Part shown: in pieces, positions 8,757 to 19,277 of the stretch
Numbering within the stretch: position 1 is the first letter of the stretch
How the letters are laid out: every line of letters starts with the position of its first letter
From: Candidatus Poribacteria bacterium
GTDB taxonomy: Bacteria > Poribacteria > WGA-4E > PCPOR2b
Length of the DNA stretch: 64,000 nucleotides
NCBI GenBank assembly: GCA_965208325.1
Contig: OZ242326.1
Span: forward strand, 4,224,001-4,288,000
Reading direction: 5' to 3'
Notes under the pieces: model-generated
Told to the model about the DNA's origin: nothing
The model's database searches: none
What the model saw: only the letters and a program-made list of their open reading frames with translations
Translations under genes and position numbers: made by a program

Positions 8757-11700
8757 GTGTTAAATATCATGAGTAGGGGAAGACTCGCAAGGTATCTGGT
8801 TTTGGTTACGCTTGCGAGCGGTTTGGTGATGAGCGGAGCGCAGTCGGTCCAAGCCCAATCAGTGTTCGTGTTCACATTGAGTGGGACGCTAATGGATGGC
8901 GACGGCAACGCGCTCGTGGGGTACACCGTGGAAGCGCCAATGGCTGAAGCCAGCACATTCGGGATTGGCACTTCGGTTACGGATGAACAAGGGAACTACT
9001 CGATCCTTTACAGCGACTTGAACAGGTCGGTCAGCGTTGGCGATGTATTTGAGATAACGGTGAAGGATCCGGACGGGAATGTTGTATCGACATCGTCGTA
9101 TACCATCAGCGCGGAAGATATCGCGCCAAGGATAGGCACCGGCAGCCACAATATCCAGTTGACGAGTTCCGGATTGACGGTTGCGTTGGGGGAGAATTCA
9201 CTGCCGGCGGACGGCACCTCGACATCGACCATAACGGTTATGATAGTAGACGCCGACGGTGAGCCGGTGAGCGGTGCGCCTCCGACGGTGACATCCGAGA
9301 AGGGCAGTATCGGCGAGATTACGGATAACGGCGACGGGTCGTATACGGTTGAGTATACGGCGCCGGCGTTGGTGATTAGTGAGTCGACGACGGACACGAT
9401 TACGGTAAGTTCCGACACGACGGGCGATTCGGAGTCGGTGACCGTAATGCTGCGGCCGGTTCCGACAGTAATTACAATATCGGTTGAGCCGAGCGCATTC
9501 ACTGCAGGCGCGGGCGAGACGGGCGCAATCTCCATCTCCGTGAACCGCGGCGGCAACGCTGTGGCGGACGCGCAACTATCACTCGGCGTGAGCCGCGCGG
9601 ACGGCGGCGCGGACGCCGGGGCGGCGTCTGATGTGACAAACGACGGCGGCGGCGCTTACAGCGCGTCATACACACCGGCGAACACGGTGGGCAGAGTTAA
9701 CATTACCGCAACGGATGCGGTTTCGGGCGCGAGCGAGAGGGCGTCCGTCAGCGTGAATGCTGGACCGGCGGCGGCAATTATGGTCAGCGCGGCGCCGCCG
9801 ACAGTATCAAGCAACGGCAGCGCTGTGTTAACGGCGATGGTCATGGACGGTTCCGGGAACGGCGTCGGCGGATTGGCGCCGAGCGGTTCGGCGGAGAGCG
9901 GCACGGTCGGCGAATTCAGCGAAGGCACGACAGCCGGAAGTTATAGCGCGACGTACAGCGCGGGCACGGTTGAGGCAGAAGGAACGGATACGGTCACGGT
10001 TAGCGTCGGCGACATTTCCGGTACGGTGGAGATTGGTTTAACGCCGGTTCCGCCCAAGGAAGTCCAGATTCTCGTCATTTCCGGTACGATTTATAAGCAG
10101 GACGGTACGGGACCTGTCAGCGGCGTGAACGTCGAGGTTACGGTCGGCGGTATGGCGTCACAGACGACGACCTCGGGGAGCAACGGGGGCTACAGCGTTA
10201 CCATCGTGAATCCGGGCGGCGTTGCGGGCAAGACGGGCGATATGGTCACCGTCGTTGTCACGGACGACACCGGGGAACGCGGACGCGACGAATCGGTATT
10301 GACGAACGAGGAACTGGGCGACGATACCGCAGCGAATATCGACCGTGACGTGAATACCGATATCTTGGCGCGGACGAATGCGTTGGTGGTTTCGGGCGCA
10401 GTTTTCCGCGAAGAGAGCACGATACCGATTGACGACGTGTTTGCGATTACGGTGATGAACACGACGCGCGGGACGGCAGTGTCCGGTTCGACAGACGGAA
10501 ACGGGATGTTTAATCTCACCTTCTTCGGCACAGATGTTGTGGCGGAGACGAACGATGAGATAGTTGTAACGGCATCTAGAGAGGGAGGCGAATGGAGCAG
10601 CCCGGCGCATTCGTTGTCATCGGCAGAGGTTGAAGACGGCAGAGCCACGGTAAACGTCCCGACGGACATCAAGGCGTCGACGAACACGCTGGTGGTGACG
10701 GGTACGGTTTACTTTGAGGACGGTACGATTGCGGTCGGCGCCGGTGTGACGGTCACCTCAATGAATGCCGGGAAAGGGCAGGAAGCCAACGGCACGACCG
10801 ACGCAGACGGCAATTACAGCGTGACCTTCTTGAGCACCGAAGGGCTGGTTGCGGAAACGGCAGATATCATTACGGTGACAGCGGTGCACGGCGACAAGGG
10901 CGACGGCACTGCGGAGCACACGCTCACATCGGCGGAAGTGGACGCGCAGCGCGCGCAAGTGGATGTGGTGACGAGCGTAAAGGCGTTCACGTCGTCGTTG
11001 GTCGTGACGGGTACGGCGTATTACGAAGGCAGCATGATTCCGGTCGGTCCAGGCAACGCGGTTACGGTCGTGAACAACGCGAACGGGATGGAAGCCTCAG
11101 GGATGACGGATGAGAACGGGACGTTCAGCGTGACGTTCTTTAACCCCGACGGGACGGTTGCGGAAACGGGCGACACGTTGACGGTTACGGTGGATGGCGG
11201 CGAGAACGGCAGCGGCAGCGCCGACCATACCCTGGCGGCGTCGGAGGTTGACGCGCAGCGCGCGGCGGTGAATGTACCGACGAACATCAAGGCGGTTTCG
11301 CCGACGTTCCTGGTGTCGGGCACGGTTTTCCTCGAAGACGGCATTAGCGGCGCCCCGGCTGGATTGACGGTTAAGGTCGTGAACGAGACGCGGGGGATTA
11401 ACGCCAGCGGAACCACAGTCGAGGGCGGCGGATACGTTGTGACGTTCTTGGAGACCGAGGCGGCGGCAGTGAAGACTGCGGACGTGTTGAACCTCGACGT
11501 GTACGTATTGGCTGCCGATGAGACTTCGGTCGGCGAGACTTCGATTACATTGACATCCGCAGACGTGGTTGCCAACAGAAGAGACGGCGTTGATATTACG
11601 ACCAGCCTAGTGGCAGACCCGACGCATGCGTTTTTGGTTGACGGCATGGTCATAGATCCTGCCGGCAACGTTGTTGGCCAAGGCGTAAATGTGCGCGTCA

Positions 11701-14700
11701 CTTTGGGCGGGCACGACCCGATGGCGCTGGAGACCTACGCGAACGGCGGGTTTAGCGGGACGTATTTTAACTCGGACTCACCGGTTGCGAGCGTATACGA
11801 CAACTTGATTATTCAGGCGGTCAACCGCAGCAACGGCGATTCTGCGTATATGTCGATGCAGTTGGCGTCGCACCACGTTTTGGCGCAGCGCATCGAGATT
11901 ACGGTTAATCTGATACCGGACAACGAGAGTCCGGTTGCGGTGTCGCGGGTGAGCCAGCGGTTCCTCGACACGAACGAGGAGACAACGTTCGATGCGAGCC
12001 ACTCGACGGACAGCCCGTTGAACAGCCAACTGATAGACACGTATGTGTGGGATTTCGGCGACGGTACGACTGGCAGCGGTATAACGGCGACGCACGCCTA
12101 TTCGAAACCGGGGCGGTACCTTGTGACACTGACGGTTACCGACCTTGCGGGCAACTTTGGCACGGCGGAGCGCGAAATCTGGGTGAGCACGGTACGGCTC
12201 GGCGGTATTTCGGTGAACACCCGCCATGCACGCGAAGTGATTGATAAGATTATCGGCTTGGCAATCGCGGGTACTGATGTTGCGATAGCGAAGGGCGGCT
12301 CTGACGCGGTGCTGGATATGATACGCGGGAATCCCGCGCTTCAAGCGGCTGTGATTGCGGCGATTGGCGATACGCTGCCGCCCGGACTCATACCGGCGCA
12401 GCTACTGGCTGACGATTTGCCGCTGATATTCGAACAGTATGAGAACATTGACTTAGAGAACTTTGGAAATGCGGTGACGGCGCGAGTCGGCCCGGAAGGC
12501 GGCATCTTGGGGTCGGCGACGCCCGGCTTGACCAGGGTGGTGACGGGCGACAAGTTGGACCTGTACCTCGCCACGCCGCGCGCAGATGTCGGGCACGTTA
12601 CCTTCAGGTTCGACGAGGTGACGCGCGATGCGGAAGAGGTTATCGACAGCCTGCCGCACACCTTCCACTTGGAAGAGGAGCAAGCGATACTGCTGCTGCC
12701 CTCGTGGCCGGGTTCCGGTTCTGACGGCGCGTTCGCGGCGGTGACGCTGATGTTGGCGTCCGAGGAACTTCCGTCGGCATACCACAATTTGATTTCGAGA
12801 AACGCATGGTCTTACCGGGATACGAGCGATTACGAACCGGCGTCCATGAGCCCGCGGATGATTAACGGGAAGCGGGTCTGGGATGTCCAAGTGGATATCG
12901 ATCCCGGAAAAATCTACTACTACTATTACGCTGTTGAACTGGCGTATCCGATCCAAACGCAATTGGGCGCTGAGTTGACGCAGTACGCCATGCCGGATCC
13001 GCGCAACCTACAGTTGCAGGATCGCGGTCTGGTTGAGGCGTTATTCACACCGGAACTTCAGGCGGCGATTGCACCGTTGCTGAACCCAGTCATAGCGGGA
13101 ATTTTGAGCGGGCAGCCTGCGACCGTAGACGATGTTGCGGCGGGGCTTACGCCGGAATCGCTGTTCGAAATTTTGGGCGCGATTCTTAACGCTGCGGCAC
13201 CGTTGGTCGAGCAGATGGCACAGACGCTGGATTCGCAGATGATTTCCGTGTTTACGGTTCCATTGGTGAACGAAGCGCAGTCGCTCTGGCACACGAGCAT
13301 TGATTTGTCGGCTTTCGCTGACGGGATGCATACAATCGACGCGAACGCTTTTGATTCTGAAGGGGTTCAGATAGATAACCGCCCGGTTTTCGGCAAGACG
13401 TTCATGCTGGACAGGGCGGCGCCGGCATACAGTGTGTCGGTTGCACCGGGTGAAAATTCGTCAATGTATATGCGTGATGACGGCGTGTTGATTTCGACGG
13501 GTCTGCCGCCGGTAGGCGATGGCAGCCCGATGGCGTCGCTGCTGTTATCTGCAAGCCCGAACGGCGACGTTAGCGATGTTGCGGAAGGGTTGTACCAGAT
13601 AATTCCGTACAGCGACGATCCGGCTGTGCAAGGGTCGCAGTCTTGGGTAAACATCCTTTCGAGCGAAATGGCGCCGGTGTTCCAAGGGCTGACGCTTGAC
13701 GATTTCACGGCGTTCTTGACGACGTTCCCGGATCTGCTGACGTTGAACGCACCCGCGGTTAACGGCGGCGTGCCGGCGCAGATGGCGATGATGATTCGCG
13801 GCGCGAACGGCGACCCGGCGTTGATTGTCGGTGAATACGGCGTACGCGTTGCGGCGCGGGATACGGTGTTTAATATGTCGACGGATACGGCGCCGATACG
13901 GCTGAACATTGTGCCGCCGGATCCGGATCAGGCGATGGTGGTGCGGATATCGCTCGGCGATTGCAACGGCGACGGCGATACGGACGACCTGTATGAGACC
14001 GGCGCTCCTGCGGACATGATTCTGTTCTCGGATACGCCGAACGTGATGGTGACGGCAGAGGTGACGAAGCAGGTTCACCCGATTACGTCAATCTTGTTCC
14101 AGTACCGGACGGGCGACGCCGAATGGCAGGATATCGGTATGCTTGAAGGCGAGATGGTGGCTGGCGCTGTCGAGGGTTCACAGTACGATATGGCGTGGAG
14201 CATTGAGAATTTGGGCGTCATGATTCAGGCAGGTATGCCGGTCATGCTGCGCGCGGTTGTCACGAATGCGCTTTCCATATCGGACGATGAAGCTACGGAA
14301 GCGGCGCTGAATGTGAAAGACCATCCGTGCCCAATCGAGGCGGAGATTCACGCGCTTAACCACACGGTTAACGACCGCAACCCCGACAGCAATGCGCCGC
14401 GCGGCATGATTTCGCTCATGGCGGTAACGCGCGAACTGACATCGCCGCACACGGCGAGCGTGGTTTTTGAAGTGCGCCGCATGCAAGGCGAGGAGTGGCA
14501 GGCAATCGGCGAAGTGGCGATAGCGGACAGCGTTGTCGAAGAAGCCATTGTTGAAGCCATTGAAGAGGCGTTGGAAGAGGTTGTCGAGGGCGAGGAGAGT
14601 GCGGTATTCGTACCGACTCGCCGTGTATGGGCGCTTGAATTCGACAGCACAGCAATAGATGATACGATTATGGTGGGCGACGCCGCCGAACGCGATATGA

Positions 14701-17700
14701 CATTGGATGAAAATCCGTACGTGCTGCGCGCGGTGGCGGTTGACGACACTGGCGCCCGGTATGCATCGTCGGAAGAAATGTCACAGAGTTTCTCGGTGGA
14801 CAACATTGACGATGTGCCGCCGCTGACAGGTACGGCGATTACCCAAATTTCGGACGCTGCGGGGGCGATTGAGCCAGTTGACGGCGTGTATACGGTCGGC
14901 GGTATCGTTGACGAGAGCGTTGACTCGCCGTTCGGATTGGTGGTGTCCGTGCCGATAGCCGATCCGATTACATATAACCGGGTCGATCTGCTGATTAACC
15001 GCCGCAATGAGGATGGAAGTCTCGGCGACATGGTCAGCGAGATGCAGGCGGAGATGGGCGAGGAGAATTACACCGCTACGGTTGATGTATCAGCCCTAGA
15101 GAACGGTGCGTATTTCTTCCAAGCTTTGGCAATGGACGAGGTCGGGAATCAAGAGGTGCGAGACATCGCATTCGCCGCTATGATTCATGTAGCCAACTTC
15201 ATTCCGCCGCCGGTTATCGATCTGAGCGGGCAGACGTTGAGCAGGCAGCCGGTTGAGGGAAGCACGGTTGAGGAGTTTACGGAAGCGTATCCGGGCGGAT
15301 TCCCAGTATCCGGGGATTACGTATTCACGGCGGGCGGCATTGCGTTGAACGCCGGCGATATCGACGTCCTAGTCGATGGGGCGTCCGCGAACGCAATGGG
15401 CGCACTCACGGTCGATACGATTGAAGAGGGGGCGTCTAGCACGTTTATGTTGACGCTCGATACGACCATGTATGCGTTGGGCTATCACGAGACCGCGCTG
15501 CAGATTACGAAGCGGAACGGCAGCATCAGTTTCCCGTTGGCGCCGCTGTTTGTTGACAATGAAGCGCCGCAATTGGCGGTTAATTCGCCGATAGCGAACG
15601 ACGAGGTGAGTGCATTGCCGACGACGCGCGCGGCGTATCATGACGGCGCAGGCGCGGGGCTTGAACTATCGTTCGTTACCATTAGCTTGATGAGGTTGAC
15701 GCCGCCGGATATGATGGCGGTCGAAATCAACATGAGCGAGGTTTTGACGGATTTGACCGACCTTGTGTATACCCGCCGTGCGGATATGCTGCCGGCTGGC
15801 GTATACCGGGTGATGGTTACGGTGACCGATATCGTTGACAATACGAGCGAAGCATCGGCTGACTTTACGGTGGTGACGACGTTGCCGTCGGTGGCAATCC
15901 GATCGCCGAATTCAGGCGAAATTGTCGGCGTGTCACAGCCGCTCATCAGCGCGGAATTCTCGGGCATCGGCGCGAGTGTGACATCGTTCACGATTGACGC
16001 CGGCGAGGAAATCACAGATGCGGCAATTAGTGGAAACCGGCTGGAGTATACGCCTGGCGTATTGACGGACGGCGACCATACGGTTGCGATTATGGTTACG
16101 GATGGCGAAGGCAATACGGCTGACGACAGTGTGACCTTCACGGTAAAGACTGCGGATACGACGCCGCCGTTGATAACGGAAGCGAGTCCGCAAGGGGTTA
16201 TTAAGTCTGCGTCCGCTATGTTGTCGGTTGCAGCCTCTGACCCGGAATCCGGAATTGCCAATGTATCGTATGCGCTTGACGGCGGTGACGCCGTTGACGG
16301 CATGACCCGCGAGGTTAGCGGATTGGAGTCGGGGACGCACACGGTTATGGCGGTCGCCACGAACGGTGCCGGTCTGCAAAGCACGTTCAGTTGGACGTTC
16401 ACCGTGGAGTTGGATACGACGCCGCCGGTAATTTCCGCAGTTGCGCCTCAGGGCATTGTTAAATCTGCCGAGGCGGCATTGTCGGCGACAGTGACCGACG
16501 AACAGTCGGATGTCTCGAACGTGACGATAGCGCTTGACGGCGGCAGTGCTGAGTCTGTTGCAGTTGACGGCGGCGGTGTGAGCCGTAACGTCAGCGGACT
16601 AACGCCGGGCACGCATTCGGTAACGGTTGTTGCTACGAGCGGGGGCGGTTCCTCGACGCATACCTGGACGTTCACGGTCGAGTTGGATACGACACCTCCT
16701 GTCATTTCCGAGGTTGCACCGCAGGGCGTCATCAAAGAGGCGTCCACTACGATTTCGGTGGCAGTCGGCGATGAGCAGTCGGATGTAACGCGTGTCAACA
16801 TTGACGTAGACGGCACCGGCGCAAGGGCTGTTTCAATACGGGAAGGCCGTGCTAGCCGGGTGGTTAGCGGGCTTACTCCGGGAACGCACACCGTGACGGT
16901 GACGGCAGAGAGCGCCGGCGGTACGTCGAGGCATACGTGGAAATTTACGGTTGAATTGGATACGACACCGCCCGTCATCTCGGCGGTTTCACCGCAAGGG
17001 ATTATACGAGAGGATTCGGCGCGGATTTCAGCCGCAATCGGTGACGAGCAGTCGGATATCACGAACGCGACGATTGCGATTGACGGCGGTTCCGCTGGAA
17101 CCGTGACGGTGACGAACGGACGTGCGAGCCGCACAGCCAGAGGCCTGGAATCGGGTACGCATACAGTGACGGTAACGGCGACGAGCGCCGGCGGAACTTC
17201 GACGCATAGCTGGGCGTTTACGGTTGATTTGGATACGACCCCGCCCGAAGTTTCGGCGACATCGCCGCACGGCACAGTGCTTGTCGAGAATCCGGAAATC
17301 TCAGTCGCGGCGAGCGATAACCGCGGCGGACCGCTTGCGATTAGAATTTCGGTCGAAGACAGCGCAGGGGTTCGGGTCGGCGGCGATGCCGAGGCGAGCG
17401 ATGACGGAAGGTCTGCGACCTTTGTCCCGTCGGCGGGGCTGACCACCGGGACGTACTCCGTCAATGCAACTGTCAAAGACGAGAGCGGGAACGAGTCCTC
17501 GGCGAACTGGAGTTTCTCGGTAATTATCGATACGACACCGCCGAGCGTCACGGGCGTAACGCCTGAAGGCGAAGCGCGGGTCTCCGAAGAACGCAGACCG
17601 ATGATAACGGCGAGCTATACCGACGCCGGTGCGGGGATTGATATGAGTTCCGTGGTGATGATGCTCAACGGAAACCCGATCGTGCCAACTTCGGTTTCGG

Positions 17701-18137
17701 CGACTCAAGCGGTTTACATGCCGCCGGCAGACCTCGATTTTGGCCGTCACACGGTTCGGTTGGAAGTCTCCGACATTGCGCAGCCGTCTGCAAACACGGC
17801 GGTGCACGAATGGAGTTTCGTGCTTGAGGACGGCAAGGGGCCAATCTTCCGCGGCGTGCTGCGGAATTACCCGAATCCGTTCAAGGATAGTACGACCGTT
17901 TCCTTCACGCTGGCGCGTGAAGCGACGCTGACGATTGAAGTTTACGATGTCACGGGGCGGCTGGTTCGGGTCTTGGCGCAAGACGAGGTTCGAGAAGCCG
18001 GTCATAATGAATTTCCGTGGGATGGTAAGACATCGGCAGGCGACGTGCTGGCTCGCGGTGTGTACTTCGCTCAGGTTATGGTGACAAGCGAACCGAGGCC
18101 AGAGGTAATTGTCCTGAGAATGGCGCTGTTGCGCTAG
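8757..18137 (+). CDS. Giant adhesin-like protein: invasin/Big_1-like domains, carboxypeptidase-regulatory-like repeats, PKD domain, DTTPP Ig-like repeats, FlgD/T9SS-like CTD
   Basis: GGAGGT RBS; signal peptide VQA-Q; LPADGTSTSTITV; PKD 'FDASHS..YVWDFGDG..ATHAYSKPGRYLVTLTVTD'; tandem 'DTTPPVIS' repeats; C-terminus RNYPNPF...IEVYDVTGRLVR...WDGK..G..LARGVYF. Confidence 0.9.
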   Translation: MLNIMSRGRLARYLVLVTLASGLVMSGAQSVQAQSVFVFTLSGTLMDGDGNALVGYTVEAPMAEASTFGIGTSVTDEQGNYSILYSDLNRSVSVGDVFEITVKDPDGNVVSTSSYTISAEDIAPRIGTGSHNIQLTSSGLTVALGENSLPADGTSTSTITVMIVDADGEPVSGAPPTVTSEKGSIGEITDNGDGSYTVEYTAPALVISESTTDTITVSSDTTGDSESVTVMLRPVPTVITISVEPSAFTAGAGETGAISISVNRGGNAVADAQLSLGVSRADGGADAGAASDVTNDGGGAYSASYTPANTVGRVNITATDAVSGASERASVSVNAGPAAAIMVSAAPPTVSSNGSAVLTAMVMDGSGNGVGGLAPSGSAESGTVGEFSEGTTAGSYSATYSAGTVEAEGTDTVTVSVGDISGTVEIGLTPVPPKEVQILVISGTIYKQDGTGPVSGVNVEVTVGGMASQTTTSGSNGGYSVTIVNPGGVAGKTGDMVTVVVTDDTGERGRDESVLTNEELGDDTAANIDRDVNTDILARTNALVVSGAVFREESTIPIDDVFAITVMNTTRGTAVSGSTDGNGMFNLTFFGTDVVAETNDEIVVTASREGGEWSSPAHSLSSAEVEDGRATVNVPTDIKASTNTLVVTGTVYFEDGTIAVGAGVTVTSMNAGKGQEANGTTDADGNYSVTFLSTEGLVAETADIITVTAVHGDKGDGTAEHTLTSAEVDAQRAQVDVVTSVKAFTSSLVVTGTAYYEGSMIPVGPGNAVTVVNNANGMEASGMTDENGTFSVTFFNPDGTVAETGDTLTVTVDGGENGSGSADHTLAASEVDAQRAAVNVPTNIKAVSPTFLVSGTVFLEDGISGAPAGLTVKVVNETRGINASGTTVEGGGYVVTFLETEAAAVKTADVLNLDVYVLAADETSVGETSITLTSADVVANRRDGVDITTSLVADPTHAFLVDGMVIDPAGNVVGQGVNVRVTLGGHDPMALETYANGGFSGTYFNSDSPVASVYDNLIIQAVNRSNGDSAYMSMQLASHHVLAQRIEITVNLIPDNESPVAVSRVSQRFLDTNEETTFDASHSTDSPLNSQLIDTYVWDFGDGTTGSGITATHAYSKPGRYLVTLTVTDLAGNFGTAEREIWVSTVRLGGISVNTRHAREVIDKIIGLAIAGTDVAIAKGGSDAVLDMIRGNPALQAAVIAAIGDTLPPGLIPAQLLADDLPLIFEQYENIDLENFGNAVTARVGPEGGILGSATPGLTRVVTGDKLDLYLATPRADVGHVTFRFDEVTRDAEEVIDSLPHTFHLEEEQAILLLPSWPGSGSDGAFAAVTLMLASEELPSAYHNLISRNAWSYRDTSDYEPASMSPRMINGKRVWDVQVDIDPGKIYYYYYAVELAYPIQTQLGAELTQYAMPDPRNLQLQDRGLVEALFTPELQAAIAPLLNPVIAGILSGQPATVDDVAAGLTPESLFEILGAILNAAAPLVEQMAQTLDSQMISVFTVPLVNEAQSLWHTSIDLSAFADGMHTIDANAFDSEGVQIDNRPVFGKTFMLDRAAPAYSVSVAPGENSSMYMRDDGVLISTGLPPVGDGSPMASLLLSASPNGDVSDVAEGLYQIIPYSDDPAVQGSQSWVNILSSEMAPVFQGLTLDDFTAFLTTFPDLLTLNAPAVNGGVPAQMAMMIRGANGDPALIVGEYGVRVAARDTVFNMSTDTAPIRLNIVPPDPDQAMVVRISLGDCNGDGDTDDLYETGAPADMILFSDTPNVMVTAEVTKQVHPITSILFQYRTGDAEWQDIGMLEGEMVAGAVEGSQYDMAWSIENLGVMIQAGMPVMLRAVVTNALSISDDEATEAALNVKDHPCPIEAEIHALNHTVNDRNPDSNAPRGMISLMAVTRELTSPHTASVVFEVRRMQGEEWQAIGEVAIADSVVEEAIVEAIEEALEEVVEGEESAVFVPTRRVWALEFDSTAIDDTIMVGDAAERDMTLDENPYVLRAVAVDDTGARYASSEEMSQSFSVDNIDDVPPLTGTAITQISDAAGAIEPVDGVYTVGGIVDESVDSPFGLVVSVPIADPITYNRVDLLINRRNEDGSLGDMVSEMQAEMGEENYTATVDVSALENGAYFFQALAMDEVGNQEVRDIAFAAMIHVANFIPPPVIDLSGQTLSRQPVEGSTVEEFTEAYPGGFPVSGDYVFTAGGIALNAGDIDVLVDGASANAMGALTVDTIEEGASSTFMLTLDTTMYALGYHETALQITKRNGSISFPLAPLFVDNEAPQLAVNSPIANDEVSALPTTRAAYHDGAGAGLELSFVTISLMRLTPPDMMAVEINMSEVLTDLTDLVYTRRADMLPAGVYRVMVTVTDIVDNTSEASADFTVVTTLPSVAIRSPNSGEIVGVSQPLISAEFSGIGASVTSFTIDAGEEITDAAISGNRLEYTPGVLTDGDHTVAIMVTDGEGNTADDSVTFTVKTADTTPPLITEASPQGVIKSASAMLSVAASDPESGIANVSYALDGGDAVDGMTREVSGLESGTHTVMAVATNGAGLQSTFSWTFTVELDTTPPVISAVAPQGIVKSAEAALSATVTDEQSDVSNVTIALDGGSAESVAVDGGGVSRNVSGLTPGTHSVTVVATSGGGSSTHTWTFTVELDTTPPVISEVAPQGVIKEASTTISVAVGDEQSDVTRVNIDVDGTGARAVSIREGRASRVVSGLTPGTHTVTVTAESAGGTSRHTWKFTVELDTTPPVISAVSPQGIIREDSARISAAIGDEQSDITNATIAIDGGSAGTVTVTNGRASRTARGLESGTHTVTVTATSAGGTSTHSWAFTVDLDTTPPEVSATSPHGTVLVENPEISVAASDNRGGPLAIRISVEDSAGVRVGGDAEASDDGRSATFVPSAGLTTGTYSVNATVKDESGNESSANWSFSVIIDTTPPSVTGVTPEGEARVSEERRPMITASYTDAGAGIDMSSVVMMLNGNPIVPTSVSATQAVYMPPADLDFGRHTVRLEVSDIAQPSANTAVHEWSFVLEDGKGPIFRGVLRNYPNPFKDSTTVSFTLAREATLTIEVYDVTGRLVRVLAQDEVREAGHNEFPWDGKTSAGDVLARGVYFAQVMVTSEPRPEVIVLRMALLR

Positions 18138-18157
18138 TGATCCGAAAGGATTCCTTT

Positions 18158-18198
18158 GTGATTGCGGGAGTGGGTTGAACCCCGCTCCCGCAATTGCA
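18158..18198 (+). other. Strong intergenic hairpin without U-tract
   Basis: TTGCGGGAGTGGG-TTGAAC-CCCGCTCCCGCAA between the giant gene and the PorV-like gene. Confidence 0.55.
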
Positions 18199-18238
18199 AT
18201 CATGAAAAGTAGATACGCAATACGTTAAGGGGGAAAAC

Positions 18239-19177
18239 ATGTTTCAAATGAAGCAGAAGTTGATTATTAGCGCAGTAGGGTTTATGGCGCTCTTACTCGC
18301 CTTTGCACCGATTTGTCTTGCGAGCGGCAATGCTGCCCCGTATCTTCGGGACGGCGTCGGCGCACGGTCAATTGGGCTGGGCGGCGCGTTTACAGCCATC
18401 GCCGACGACGCCACCTCCACAATTTGGAATCCTGCGGGCTTACCGGCGACTGAGACGCTCGATTTTACGTTGTCCCGTGTACCGATGGCGTTCGATAGCA
18501 CAAAGAACTTCATGGCAATTGTTAAAGGGCTGGGCGAAAACACCTCAATCGGTTTTTCGTGGATGAATGTCGGCGTTGACGATATCATGGAGGTCAACTC
18601 GAACAACGAAATTACCGGGAATCGTTTTAACTACGATTCGAATGCGCTGGCGTTGTCGTTCGGGCATGCGTTGGAGAGTTTTAATCTTGGTGCGAGCGTG
18701 CGCGTGCTTTCCGATGCGGTCGGATTGGATGCATTCGATGGGGTGACGAGTTTTGGCGGCGTAGATGTGGGTATGTTGGCGCGCCCGGGTACGTCATTCA
18801 GCTACGGCTTGGCACTTAGGAACCTCGGTGGTGTGGTTGGAGACGAGAGCGTACCGATTCTCATTGGCGGCGGGGTTGCCTTTCATATACTGGAAGGACA
18901 CCGTGCGACGATAGCCTGCGATGTGGAGCACGAAATCGGCATTCTGGACGAAAGCCCCACAAGCGTTCGAATGGGTACGGAATACCGCATTGCGCGAACC
19001 TTTGCGGTACGCGGCGGTACACAGGCGTCCAAAGACCGCCAAGCGCTCTTTGTCGGGTTTGGTGTTGACGTTGGCGGGCTCCAACTCGATTATGCACTGA
19101 AGGCTTTGGAGCGTGCGAGCCGCAGTTTGCAAGACGCGGGCGAAACCCATTACGTGTCACTGTCTTACGGATATTAA
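18239..19177 (+). CDS. PorV/PorQ (UPF0164, FadL-like) outer-membrane beta-barrel
   Basis: Signal peptide; GVGARSIGLGGAFTAIADDATSTIWNPAGL signature; C-terminal beta-signal-like YVSLSYGY. Confidence 0.85.
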   Translation: MFQMKQKLIISAVGFMALLLAFAPICLASGNAAPYLRDGVGARSIGLGGAFTAIADDATSTIWNPAGLPATETLDFTLSRVPMAFDSTKNFMAIVKGLGENTSIGFSWMNVGVDDIMEVNSNNEITGNRFNYDSNALALSFGHALESFNLGASVRVLSDAVGLDAFDGVTSFGGVDVGMLARPGTSFSYGLALRNLGGVVGDESVPILIGGGVAFHILEGHRATIACDVEHEIGILDESPTSVRMGTEYRIARTFAVRGGTQASKDRQALFVGFGVDVGGLQLDYALKALERASRSLQDAGETHYVSLSYGY

Positions 19178-19277
19178 ATTTTAAATAGACGCAAGCGAAT
19201 TTCATCGCAACTCGGCGTGAAAGGTGTGCTTACGTTCTTATAGCGATACAATTTTAACGTACAAAGGAGAATGCCCG

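Noticed and set aside
2713..18203. Many long antisense ORFs within the two giant genes
   Set aside because: Shadow ORFs caused by codon bias and scarcity of stops; no recognisable motifs
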